DNA of 64,000 nucleotides, from NCBI GenBank assembly GCA_049523455.1, contig JBEKMW010000013.1, positions 8,513 to 72,512 on the forward strand. The letters run 5' to 3'. Shown here in pieces: positions 55,597-64,000 of this stretch. Origin of the DNA: Verrucomicrobiota bacterium (GTDB lineage: Bacteria; Verrucomicrobiota; Verrucomicrobiia; Limisphaerales; UBA11358). The stretch's first letter is position 1; every line of letters begins with the position of its first letter. The position numbers and the translations under genes were made by a program. The notes below the pieces were generated by a model, which worked only from the letters and a program-made list of their open reading frames with translations, was not told where the DNA came from and made no database searches.

Positions 55597-56061
55597 TCAC
55601 TTGCTCGAGACGTCAATGCGTTTCGGTTTGGCTTCCTCGGTTTTCGGGAGTGTGACCGTCAGCACGCCGTCCTTGTATTCGGCTTTGACTTTGTCCGCCG
55701 CCACCGCCGCCGGCAGAGTCAGCGTGCGCTGGAAACGCCCAAAGAATCGCTCGGCGCGGTGCGTCTCGGCGTCCTCGTGTTTGGTTTCGCTCTTGCGTTC
55801 GCCGGAGATGCTCAGACTGCCCTCGTGGAGGGAGACTTCGATGTCTTCCCGTTTCATGCCCGGCAGCTCCGCCTTGACGACAAAGTTCTCCTTGTCCTCA
55901 TAAACGTCGAGCGCCGGAACCCAGCCGCTCATCCAGTGGGAGCCGCGCGCCAGTCCGGTAAGCGGCGATTCAAACACCCGGTCAAGCTCATCGCGCAGGC
56001 TCGAAAGCCGCCCGAAACTTGACCAAACCGATCCAGGTTGTTGATAACGTATCAGATTCAT
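55597..56061 (-). CDS. Small heat-shock protein, Hsp20/alpha-crystallin family
   Basis: 154 aa: WVPALDVYEDKENFVVKAELPGMKREDIEVSLHEGSLSISGERK...FFGRFQRTLTLPAAVAADKVKAEYKDGVLTVTLPK. Confidence 0.9.
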   Translation of the reverse strand: MNLIRYQQPGSVWSSFGRLSSLRDELDRVFESPLTGLARGSHWMSGWVPALDVYEDKENFVVKAELPGMKREDIEVSLHEGSLSISGERKSETKHEDAETHRAERFFGRFQRTLTLPAAVAADKVKAEYKDGVLTVTLPKTEEAKPKRIDVSSK

Positions 56062-56601
56062 AATTGTCCTTTCGTGTCAATTGTTTCAGTAATATCAAGC
56101 TCACATCATGCCAAGACTGAAGAACGCTGGAATTGGCTGGAATTTGCAGGATAATTGAGGGAAATGCCATAGAATGTGCGTCAAAGTGGCACTTATTTCG
56201 GCGTCTCACTGCCGAGGTATTGTGCCAAAACGGCATTGCCATGTGGCGGTCGCGGAGCGACCGGGGACATTAGCCGGGGACAACGTCCCCGGTAATGCCC
56301 CGACCAAAGCCACCCGCCCCGGCACGGGCGGCGGAAATCCTTGTAAAATCAATCCTTTCCAGCATCCCTTCAGCACGCCCGAATGCTGTCGGCCTGCGGA
56401 TTTGCCGGCGATTGGTGCCCTGCAAGCGTACAACAAGGGAGTGTGCCGATGCCAACACTGGTTTGGCTTTCAACGCGCAGCGGATTGGGGCAATCCGCGC
56501 TCCCATTCGGAGTTTGTTTGGGCGCGATCAACACAAACGAAAAGGCTCCCGGCGATTTGCCGCGGAGCCTTGAATTCTTTACAGGCGAGACGCCTGTGCC
56601 A

Positions 56602-57564
56602 CTAGTCAAACGCGTGGCCGGCGCAACAGAGCACGTCTTTGATTTTATGCCGGACGAGATCCTTCACTTTCTTGCGAGCCGGTCCAAGGTATTTGCGGGG
56701 GTCAAATTCCTTCGGGTTTTCGGTCAGGACTTTGCGGATGGCGGCAGTCATGGCCAGGCGCAGGTCGGTATCAATGTTCACCTTGGTGCAACCGGTACGC
56801 CGGGCGACTTCGATGTCGGCTTCGGGCACGCCTTGGGCGTCGGGCATTTTGCCGCCGAATTGATTGATTTCGGCCACGAGGTCCTGTGGCACACTTGAAG
56901 CGCCGTGCAACACCAGCGGATAGTCACCGAGGCCGGCGTCCATGAGCGCTTTCTTGATGGCTTTGAGCCGTTCGAGGTCGAGGTGTTGTTCGCCCTTGAA
57001 CTTGTAGGCGCCGTGGGAATTGCCGATGGCGACTGCCAGCGAGTCGCAGCCGCATTCCTTGACGAATTTTACCGCTTCGTCCGGATGCGTGTAATGGCCG
57101 CCGTGCGAAAAGCCGCCGCCGGCCTCGCCTTCGTCAAACTGGGCGCCGACCAGTTGACCGAGTTCGGATTCCACGACGCAATTGTGCTTGTGGGCGTATT
57201 CGACGACCTTTTTGGTAATTTCCACGTTTTTCTCGAACGGTTCGTGGCTGGCGTCAATCATCACGCTGGTGAATCCCTCGTCAATGCAGTCCTTGCACAG
57301 TTCGAAGGTGTCGCCGTGATCCAAGTGGACGGCGATGGGGATGGTGGAGAGGCTGACGGCCGCTTCGATGAGTTTCTTAAGGTAAACCGGGTTGGCGTAT
57401 TGCCGGGCGCCCTTGGAAATCTGCAGCATCACGGGGGCTTTTTCCTCTTCGCAGGCTTCGACGATGGCCTGGAGCAGTTCCATGTTGTTGACGTTGAACG
57501 CGCCGATGGCGTATTTGCCCTTTAACGCCTTGGCAAACAATTCTCGTGTATGGGTCAATGGCAT
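56602..57564 (-). CDS. fba: Class II fructose-1,6-bisphosphate aldolase
   Basis: 320 aa: YAIGAFNVNNMELLQAIVEACEEEKAPVMLQIS...IAVHLDHGDTFE...SVMIDASH...ESELGQL...LVLHGASSVP. Confidence 0.9.
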   Translation of the reverse strand: MPLTHTRELFAKALKGKYAIGAFNVNNMELLQAIVEACEEEKAPVMLQISKGARQYANPVYLKKLIEAAVSLSTIPIAVHLDHGDTFELCKDCIDEGFTSVMIDASHEPFEKNVEITKKVVEYAHKHNCVVESELGQLVGAQFDEGEAGGGFSHGGHYTHPDEAVKFVKECGCDSLAVAIGNSHGAYKFKGEQHLDLERLKAIKKALMDAGLGDYPLVLHGASSVPQDLVAEINQFGGKMPDAQGVPEADIEVARRTGCTKVNIDTDLRLAMTAAIRKVLTENPKEFDPRKYLGPARKKVKDLVRHKIKDVLCCAGHAFD

Positions 57565-57789
57565 AGGTTTTTATTCAGTTCGTTGCCGAATCGCATTCGG
57601 CGGTTTTTCAATAACGGGGGGTGATGATAACCTGAATGGCCCAAAAGGAAATAAAAATTATGGGCGCCGTTTGGGCGCGAAAACAAAGCGGAAAGCGCTC
57701 CTCCTTTGCCGAAGGCTACGGCGGGCAGGGGTGGGAGGGAGCGAGGCGGACGGGATTGGGTTGGTGGATTGGTGGAAGTGACCAGGCAA

Positions 57790-58372
57790 AGGCTGCATTG
57801 GGACCATGAACCTGCCGATGCCCCGCGGGCCTCCGAATACGAATGCTGCCCGCTTGCTGTTCCCTCTCCGCTCCCATTCTGATGGGAGGGGAGACTTTCC
57901 CTCGCCCGCAGGAGCGGGAGAGGGTGGCGCGATAGCGCCGGGTGAGGGTTGTAGGGAAAGCACAAGCCCCTGCGGTCAGGGTGGCGATAGCGCCGGGTGA
58001 GGGTTGTAGGGAAAGCACAAGCCCCTGCGGTCAGGGTGAGGTGAGGGCTCTTTACTTTCATTGGATGTTGGATGCTGGATGTTCGATGTTCCCCGGCTCA
58101 TGGAGAGCCTCCTTTCGCTTTTGCGCATGCACTGGGACCATGAACCGGACGTAAGCTGCCAGTCTGCGGAGCCAGGTTCGCGGGCCACCTGCTGTTCCCT
58201 CTCCGCTCCCATTCTGATGGGAGGGGAGAGGGTTAGGGTGAGGTGAGGGTTCGGTTCATGGAGAGCGAAGTCGGGCGACCCCAGCCTGTAAGCTTTTCAG
58301 TTTTTCAGCGTTTTAGCGTTTCAGAACGTCCCGTAGTCTTGTGGTCTGTGGTCTGTGGTCTGCAGTTCCCGT
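57790..58372. repeat. Composite cluster of REP-type hairpins, a ~55-nt tandem duplication and heptamer/octamer arrays
   Basis: ctgctgttccctctccgctcccattctgatgggaggggaga occurs at about 57857 and 58190. gggaccatgaacc occurs at about 57800 and 58133. The tandem units are at 57924-57980 and 57981-58035. (TTGGATG)n is at 58060-58090. Tttcag and gtggtct units are at 58296-58372. Confidence 0.85.
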
Positions 58373-58532
58373 TTTCGGTAGGGCGCGTCACTCCTCCCGA
58401 TATGGACCCCGATACCGGATGTCGGGGCGGATGTCGGGGTCCGTGCGCGCCGTCGTCTCGTGACTGTTCCCCAGGCTCCCCAAAAGCCCCGATTTCATTG
58501 ACTTCCGCCGTGCGCTAAATACGATTGGGCCC

Positions 58533-59870
58533 ATGAAGCCGGCGAATCACCATTTTGCTGCCGAACGGCGGGAAACGGCCGCGAAACCCAATCAACCGAC
58601 CCTGCAGTTTTCCATCGCAACCTGCTGGGACGATGCGCTGTTGGACGGTTTGGTCGCACTCCAGCGCGAACACCCGCGCGCCCGCTTTGTCGAGGTCTAT
58701 GGCGCGCATCGAACGAACATCACCGGGCATGGACGTCCGGCGTATCGGCTGCCGGAGGTCAGCGCGGAGGTTTTCGAGCGGCACGTGCGGCGCGCGCGGG
58801 AACTGGGCCTGCGCTTCAACTATATCATGAACGCCCCCGACTTCGGCGGACGCGAAACCAGCGTGGAATGGCTGGGCGAAGTCTCCCGCTGGCTGAAATA
58901 CCTCGCGCAGTGCGGCGTCAGCGGCGTCACCATTTCGCACCCGGACCTTTTGCGGTTTGTCAAACGGGAGTTCCCGGATTTCCGGCTCAATGTATCGGTC
59001 ATCACGGGCGTGGACACGGTGGCCGAAGCGCGGCGGTTCGAGGACATCGGGGCGGACGTCATCAACCTTAATCCCTTTACCATCAACCGGGATTTCGATT
59101 CGCTGCGGGCCATCCGCCAGGCCATGGATTGTGAGCTCGAACTCTACGCGAACATTCCCTGTCTCGATCGCTGCCCGCGCCGCGATGCCCACTACCGCTA
59201 CTCCGGCCGCGCCTCCCAAGCTGCGGGCGGACAGGGTGAGGGTATTAACTCGGATGGGAGGGGAGACTTTCCCTCGCCCGCGGGAGCGGGAGAGGGTGGC
59301 GCGATAGCGCCGGGTGAGGGTTGTAGGGAAAGCACAAACTCCTACGGTCAGGGTGAGGTGAGGGTCCGTCGAGAAGGCCTGGCACCCGGCGTCGCCGTGA
59401 CCGAAGACCCGTTCCTGATGCATTGTTCGCACACGTTCTTGTCCAATCCGGTCGAATTCCTCCGCAGTCCGTTCATCCGCCCGGAGGACGTGCCCGCGTA
59501 CCGCCAAATAGGAATGGATTTCATCAAACTTTCCGACCGGACCGAGGGGACCGCCTTTCTTTTGCAAACCGCCAAAGCCTACGCCGCGGGACACTACGAC
59601 GGCAACCTCTTCGACCTGATTTTCCGGAGCGGCCGAAAAATCCGGGCGGGACTGGGCTGGGTCCAGCCCGGAGCGCCGGCGCAGCCCATCCCGGTCATCA
59701 TCCGGAATTCGGTGCTGACGGAATTGAAATTCATCGAACAGATCAAAACGCTCCGCGGCGCCAAGCGGGCGGAATTTTATACGAAGGCGGCGGCGCGCGC
59801 GGTGTCATTGACGAATCCCCAAGCCGTCGAAGAGTGGCTCAGTGTGCTTCAGGCGCGCATCGCCGCGTGA
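58533..59870 (+). CDS. Peptidase U32-family-like protein, interrupted in frame by a REP-type element
   Basis: 445 aa. The TIM-barrel-like N-terminal part (FVEVYGAH...LGLRFNYIMNAP...GVSGVTISHPDLLRFVKREFPDFRLNVSVITGV...GADVINLNP...ELELYANIPCLDRCPRRDAHY) is consistent with U32 architecture. Family assignment is from memory. Confidence 0.55.
   Translation: MKPANHHFAAERRETAAKPNQPTLQFSIATCWDDALLDGLVALQREHPRARFVEVYGAHRTNITGHGRPAYRLPEVSAEVFERHVRRARELGLRFNYIMNAPDFGGRETSVEWLGEVSRWLKYLAQCGVSGVTISHPDLLRFVKREFPDFRLNVSVITGVDTVAEARRFEDIGADVINLNPFTINRDFDSLRAIRQAMDCELELYANIPCLDRCPRRDAHYRYSGRASQAAGGQGEGINSDGRGDFPSPAGAGEGGAIAPGEGCRESTNSYGQGEVRVRREGLAPGVAVTEDPFLMHCSHTFLSNPVEFLRSPFIRPEDVPAYRQIGMDFIKLSDRTEGTAFLLQTAKAYAAGHYDGNLFDLIFRSGRKIRAGLGWVQPGAPAQPIPVIIRNSVLTELKFIEQIKTLRGAKRAEFYTKAAARAVSLTNPQAVEEWLSVLQARIAA
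59231..59365. repeat. REP-type element inside the U32-like ORF (near-identical to 57881-58050)
   Basis: gatgggaggggagactttccctcgcccgcgggagcgggagagggtggcgcgatagcgccgggtgagggttgtagggaaagcacaa... It translates in frame as SDGRGDFPSPAGAGEGGAIAPGEGCRESTNSYGQGEVRV. Confidence 0.9.
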
Positions 59871-59937
59871 CTAATGACGTTATGTGTGGCAGGGACGACG
59901 CGTAGCGTCCAGCGGCGCAACTTATCCACTGCTGATA

Positions 59938-61002
59938 TTACACCGGCAACTTCTTTTCGCTCCCGCGCATAACCTGTTCGGCCACCTTTTCGGCCATCGC
60001 CTGCGTGCCGAGAATCTTGCAGCCTCGCTCAGCTAGATCGGCCGTGCGCCAGCCGGCGCGCCAGACCGCCGCAAGCGATTGTTCGATCAGTGCCGCGGCT
60101 GCGTCCAGGCCGAAGCTTTCACGCAGCAGCATGGCCAGCGAATAAATTTGGCCGGCGGGATTGGCCGCGTCGGTGCCGGCCAGGTCGCGCGCGCAACCGT
60201 GATTGGTCTGATAGACCCCATGACCCGGCGCGTCGAAGTTGCCGGAAAACGTCACGCCGCGTGAAGAAACCAGAACGCCGGTGACATCCGCCAGCACGTC
60301 GCCGAAAAGATTCGGGGCGGCAATAACGTCGAAGTTCGCCGGGTTTTGAATCAGCTCGTAAGCGGCGAGGTCCACATTCATGAACGTCGGCTCGATCCCC
60401 TGTCGCCGCGCCACCGCGTCCCCCACCTCGCGCCAGAGGGCCGTGATGGTCGGAATGCCGCCATCCTTGACGATGATGTGCAACTTGCCGCGGCGGCCGG
60501 CGGCGGCGCGCGCCGCCACCTCCACCAGCCTGTGCACTTCCGCTTCGCTGTATTGGAATGAATGTTTGGCCACCCGGCCATGGTCCGTGGCGCAATCGCC
60601 CCACTGTCCCTGGTAAACCCCGCCGGTGTTGTCCCGCACGATGAGCAGGTCCACATCTTTCAAAAAATGCGGCGCGATTCTGCCGGCGGACGCCAGTTCG
60701 GGCGCGGGTTGGACGGGAACAAACTTGCAGAACAAATCGAATCGCCGGCGCAAGTCATACACGTAACGGCCGCCGCCCGGTCCGCTCAGAATCGCCCCGC
60801 CCGACTCGAAAACATCCGCGCAAAACGCCACGGTGTCCTCAGGCAGCCATTGCCCGCAGGAGGCCGCGGCTGCTTCGCCAATTAATCCGCCCTGCCGCAC
60901 TTCAAATTTCAGACCCAGGGCCTGCTCGACCGATTTCAAAACTCGCAGGCTGGCCCGGACCACCTCCGGGCCGATGCCGGTCCCTTCCAGGACACCGATC
61001 AT
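59938..61002 (-). CDS. Isocitrate/isopropylmalate dehydrogenase-family protein (LeuB- or tartrate-dehydrogenase-like)
   Basis: From ATG 61002: MIGVLEGTGIGPEVV...LLIVRDNTGGVYQG...NLFGDVLADVTGVLVSSRGV...HGCARDLAGTDAANPAGQIYSLAMLL. The specific substrate cannot be assigned. Confidence 0.75.
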   Translation of the reverse strand: MIGVLEGTGIGPEVVRASLRVLKSVEQALGLKFEVRQGGLIGEAAAASCGQWLPEDTVAFCADVFESGGAILSGPGGGRYVYDLRRRFDLFCKFVPVQPAPELASAGRIAPHFLKDVDLLIVRDNTGGVYQGQWGDCATDHGRVAKHSFQYSEAEVHRLVEVAARAAAGRRGKLHIIVKDGGIPTITALWREVGDAVARRQGIEPTFMNVDLAAYELIQNPANFDVIAAPNLFGDVLADVTGVLVSSRGVTFSGNFDAPGHGVYQTNHGCARDLAGTDAANPAGQIYSLAMLLRESFGLDAAAALIEQSLAAVWRAGWRTADLAERGCKILGTQAMAEKVAEQVMRGSEKKLPV

Positions 61003-61344
61003 CCGGCTCTGGGAGGGATATAGCCGTGGCAAACCCCGGCTATCGGCGGGCAGATAATGAGTTAGTTTGACAGACTTCGCCCGATTGGAGACGGAGCGGC
61101 TTGATTTGGTCCTCATGTTTTTTATGGCATCACCCGCAAACCTTGCAGGCGGATTCTGGCGCAAATCCGCGCCCGAAAGCAAGCACTTGCTCTCTCCTGC
61201 TCACTTCCGAAACCGCCAACATCTTGGCGGCGGGTTTCGTCTGACTGCGCGCAACTGACCAGCTTTCCCGGCGCGCGGCCTTTCAGGCCGCTTCAGCATT
61301 CGAGGGGGATTGGACCATACGATTAATTGCCCTGGGTCCTCGGT

Positions 61345-61992
61345 TCAGACCTGCGTGTAGTCGAACCGGGCCACGTAAATGGCCCGCGCGCTGTTGATGT
61401 AGGCGCTGTAAACCGTCTTCATCGCGTGCTCTTCCTCGTTCGCCGAGAACAGTTGCGCGTCCTGCTCGCCCGTGCGGATGAACTCCCGGTCCTGCGAAGG
61501 CTTGCGGAAAATGCGCCCGCCCTTGATGTTGATCTCCGGGTAGCACTTGTTTACCGCCGGATCGAGGGTCGAATCCGGGATGAACACCCAGCGGATGCCC
61601 TTGTAGTTCACGCTGATCCAGCCCTTCTCAAGGATTTTTTCCTCCGGCTTGGTGGACAGCGGCGCGGCCGGCGAACACTTCACTTCCTTGTTGTACGTGT
61701 TCTGGACCAGAGGCCGCTCGTCGTCCGCCAGTTCCACCACCTGGAAGTACTGGTTGATCCACCCCATCTGCGCATAGAGGTATTTGTGCACACCCGATAC
61801 AAAATCGTAGCCACAACCCGGGTTTTCGGCGCGTGTGCAAATGGGATTTGCACTTTCCTGGGAGGCAAAATCGGACGAAAAAACCGCAGAACCCCCGACG
61901 CGATTTTCTGGACTTGTGATGGCCTTTGCCGCCGGGCTGGACAGCCCCGGCAGCAGTGCGCACAGCAACAGGTTGAACAGTCGTGCGGCCAT
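61345..61992 (-). CDS. Secreted polymorphic-toxin-like protein B (shared N-terminal module, unique C-terminus)
   Basis: 215 aa. The first ~73 aa (signal peptide MAARLFNLLLCALLPGLSSPAAKA, then ...SGVHKYLYA) are near-identical to those of 62654-63526. Similarity stops right after KYLYA. Confidence 0.6.
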   Translation of the reverse strand: MAARLFNLLLCALLPGLSSPAAKAITSPENRVGGSAVFSSDFASQESANPICTRAENPGCGYDFVSGVHKYLYAQMGWINQYFQVVELADDERPLVQNTYNKEVKCSPAAPLSTKPEEKILEKGWISVNYKGIRWVFIPDSTLDPAVNKCYPEINIKGGRIFRKPSQDREFIRTGEQDAQLFSANEEEHAMKTVYSAYINSARAIYVARFDYTQV

Positions 61993-62127
61993 CGGATTGA
62001 CGTGGCCAGTGTAGCCAAAAGGCCGCCGACAGGGAAGCAGCTAAATGAGGAAAAATCAGGCTGGCGCGTCGGTGCCAGGCTGTGTGTCTGCGCCGTTGGC
62101 CGGCGGCAGTTTGGCCGGATGTGTCAG
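61772..62127. repeat. 356-bp direct repeat, copy 1 (recombinase 3' remnant + upstream region + 5' coding module of cassette B)
   Basis: Aligns without indels to 63306-63661 at a constant offset of 1534 nt. Roughly nine of ten positions are identical by eye. Confidence 0.9.
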
Positions 62128-62185
62128 AAGGTGCGTCCCACCTGAAAATGAGTGGTTCCGTGACCTCCGAATGACAGGAATGTGG

Positions 62186-62638
62186 CTACGTTTTTGCCCC
62201 TTCAGATTGGGTTACTGGTTTGGTTCCACGCAGTCTTTGCACCACAAATACGGCGGGCAAAATGCCACAAATGACGACCGGATACCAAAGGCTGATCATG
62301 AACGTCCACCAAGTTTCATTTGTTTCAGTGTGTTCGATTAACCGAAAATAGAGTCCCCAGCCAGTCCAACCCCGTTCAGTTACACTTTTGTCGCCAGTGA
62401 AGCTGACTACACTACCTGTATAGGGCATGGCTCGATTGAAGAAGACTAAAATACCACCCCAGTTACTTGTGACGGCAACATGAAGGTTGCTACCCAGTGA
62501 GGCAGAAGACCAGTGTATGCCCGATTCGTCTGCTCGGGGATTGGAAGTAGCTAGCCATGCGTAGGCAAGGAGACCGGCAAATCCACAAAATAAGACTGTG
62601 GAAGCGTAAGCACAGTTCTTATACAGCCTGTTTTTCAT
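62186..62638 (-). CDS. Small membrane protein, candidate immunity protein for cassette A
   Basis: 150 aa, AT-rich, with hydrophobic segments YASTVLFCGFAGLLAYAWLAT and WWTFMISLWYPVVICGILPAVFVV. It starts 16 nt downstream of the cassette A stop. The role is inferred from position only. Confidence 0.4.
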   Translation of the reverse strand: MKNRLYKNCAYASTVLFCGFAGLLAYAWLATSNPRADESGIHWSSASLGSNLHVAVTSNWGGILVFFNRAMPYTGSVVSFTGDKSVTERGWTGWGLYFRLIEHTETNETWWTFMISLWYPVVICGILPAVFVVQRLRGTKPVTQSEGAKT

Positions 62639-62653
62639 TGGACACCTCGTTCA

Positions 62654-63526
62654 TTAAAACCCAAAGTCGCTCCTTATGGTGGAGCGTGACGATGGTAAAA
62701 CAGTGTAAGGAGCAAAAGCGCTTGCGGTTCCAGAGGTGATCTCTCCATTCGGGTTCCAATTATGATCCCAATGTCCTCCCGCATTCAACCAAATCACCTC
62801 ATGGGCAAAAATATTCGCAAAAGTTTGGGCTGTCGGACTGCTGCTAGTCTCTGAATTAATGGCAGTTGGATTAACACTTGTTTCCCCTCTAGCAGAAGAG
62901 GCAATGCCAAACTTTAATCCCCAAGTAACCCGATCAACATAGGTGTGTTTTGGGCTGCCAATCCATTCCAATGTGCCCGGACCGCTTGATTCATCATGGA
63001 CTTTGATGGTTACACTATGTCCAGCGGGAGGATGGTCAAACACATTGGCTGAAAGCTCTGTTTGGAGGGTGCTCTGGACCGCACTCGGACTGAAACGTGA
63101 TGGCGCACCAGAAGGGTCAACGCTAATATAAACAATTATCGAAGGCGAAAATGCGAGATTCTCAAATCCAGGTTCGGATGTCACGGGCGTGCCAATTGTC
63201 GTTGCAAGCAAACCATAAATAGAAGCGCTATTGATGCCGAAACTGTCACCAATTGAAAAGTCATCATTCCCCGATGGATCAACGTTATCCACCGGATCAT
63301 CCTCCGCATAGAGGTATTTGTGGACCCCCGATGCAAAATCGCAGCCACAACCGGGGTTTTGGGCGCGTGTGCCAATGGGATTTGCACTTTCCTGGGCGGC
63401 AAAATCGGACGAAAAAACCGCAGAACCCCCGACGCGATTTTCCGGGCGTGTGATGGCCTTTGCCGCCGGGCTGGACAGCCCCAGCAGCAGCGCGCACAGC
63501 AACAGGTTGAACAGTCGTGCGGACAT
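62654..63526 (-). CDS. Secreted polymorphic-toxin-like protein A (shared N-terminal module with an Rhs-core-tip-like motif, unique C-terminus)
   Basis: 290 aa. It has signal peptide MSARLFNLLLCALLLGLSSPAAKA. GVHKYLYAEDDPVDNVDPSG resembles the conserved end of RHS-repeat-associated cores (YxYxxxxPVxxxDPxG). The C-terminal ~215 aa are AT-rich and unrelated to cassette B, and contain FAHEVIWLNAGGHWDH. Confidence 0.6.
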   Translation of the reverse strand: MSARLFNLLLCALLLGLSSPAAKAITRPENRVGGSAVFSSDFAAQESANPIGTRAQNPGCGCDFASGVHKYLYAEDDPVDNVDPSGNDDFSIGDSFGINSASIYGLLATTIGTPVTSEPGFENLAFSPSIIVYISVDPSGAPSRFSPSAVQSTLQTELSANVFDHPPAGHSVTIKVHDESSGPGTLEWIGSPKHTYVDRVTWGLKFGIASSARGETSVNPTAINSETSSSPTAQTFANIFAHEVIWLNAGGHWDHNWNPNGEITSGTASAFAPYTVLPSSRSTIRSDFGF

Positions 63527-63661
63527 CGGGTTGACGTGGCCAGTGTAGCCAAAAGGCCGCCGATAGGGAAGCAGCTAAATGAGGAAAAATCAGGCTGGCG
63601 CGTCGGTGCCAGGCTGCGGGCCTGCGCCGTTGGCCAGTGGCAGCTTGGCCGGATGCGTCAG
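63306..63661. repeat. 356-bp direct repeat, copy 2
   Basis: See 61772-62127. It covers the recombinase-fragment 3' end (63590-63661), the intergenic region and the first ~73 codons of cassette A. Confidence 0.9.
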
Positions 63662-63931
63662 CCGGTGGACTTCGATGAGCTTCTGGATGTTGACGCGTGT
63701 GTAAATCTCGGTGGTATTCAACCGGGCGTGGCCGAGCATTTGCTGGACGTAACGCAGATCCGCGCCTTTCTCCAGCATCAAGGTGGCCATCGCGTGCCCA
63801 AACAGGTGGCAGTTCAAAAAGGCGCAGTGGAGTGACGCCGATGAAAAGCTCATCGAGTGAACGCCCACGGGGGAGCCAAGTCTTGTCGGGCTTCGCGGCG
63901 TAGCTCTTTTAAGGGGAAGCGAAACCGACAA
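63590..63931 (-). pseudogene. Tyrosine recombinase (XerC/XerD/integrase family) C-terminal fragment
   Basis: CHLFGHAMATLMLEKGADLRYVQQMLGHARLNTTEIYTRV matches box II (HxLRH...LLGH...Y), but the Arg position reads Gly. The upstream part of the frame is closed by TAG and TGA codons at 63944-63976, and no N-terminal recombinase sequence is recognisable before the window ends. Confidence 0.5.
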
Positions 63932-64000
63932 GTCTTGGCGACGGGGGGAATGCTAAAGTTGCCCGTGCTGGACTCAGCGCCCTCGTGGCGGCAGACTGAC

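Noticed and set aside
56134-56148. Sigma-54-like TGGC-N-TTGCA upstream of the hsp20 region
   Set aside because: The GG-to-GC spacing is 9 nt instead of the required 10. The site is on the plus strand, pointing away from hsp20, with no downstream plus-strand gene.
58515-59594. 359-aa minus-strand ORF
   Set aside because: It is antisense to the U32-like gene and reads through the REP insert, with no domain signal.
63876-63938. Apparent inverted repeat ccaagtcttgtcgg ... ccgacaagtcttgg upstream of the recombinase fragment
   Set aside because: On checking, the caagtcttg cores are direct rather than inverted repeats, and only the 4-nt flanks are complementary. It is too weak and too close to the window edge to interpret.

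Overview
High-GC bacterial chromosome segment. Gene content and repeat families suggest a Verrucomicrobiota/Planctomycetota-type genome, but this is inference only.

Layout:
- 1-37,025: one minus-strand exopolysaccharide (EPS) locus of about 37 kb, of the exosortase/PEP-CTERM type. It holds a WecA-like initiating transferase, a fused exosortase-EpsI gene and about a dozen glycosyltransferases (GT4, GT2, GT8). It also has a Wzy-like polymerase, a Wzx flippase and an FdtA/FdtB/FdtC-type dTDP-3-acetamido-3,6-dideoxyhexose module. Acetyl-, acyl- and methyl-transferases and a secreted beta-helix protein are present too. The export and control genes are a Wzc-type tyrosine autokinase, a Wza-type exporter, a beta-barrel outer-membrane protein and an AraC regulator. 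Many junctions are 4-nt ATGA/GTGA overlaps.
- 37,706-38,482 (+): a PEP-CTERM substrate gene.
- 38.8-44 kb: a lone receiver domain, a Tat-signal glycoside-hydrolase-like protein and an isolated terS/terL-like pair.
- 44-61 kb: housekeeping genes (rpsO, pnp, ligA, rlmN, DAHP synthase, DmpG-like aldolase, DegT aminotransferase, hsp20, class II FBP aldolase, U32-like protein, IPMDH-like dehydrogenase) plus a MazF toxin-antitoxin cluster.
- 61.3-64 kb: two tandem polymorphic-toxin-like cassettes sharing a 356-bp module, next to a tyrosine-recombinase fragment.

Most unusual observations:
1. Mosaic arrays of 7- and 8-nt tandem repeats sit at nearly every EPS gene junction. They also lie in frame inside several genes, together with larger dispersed elements that are inserted in frame.
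2. A candidate aromatic-amino-acid leader-peptide attenuator precedes the DAHP synthase gene.
3. The toxin-like cassette array.
4. An aldolase ORF has no stop codon until about 880 nt into the antisense strand of the DAHP synthase gene.

No rRNA, tRNA or CRISPR array was recognised. All calls rest on reading the translations and sequence by eye; no database search was run.
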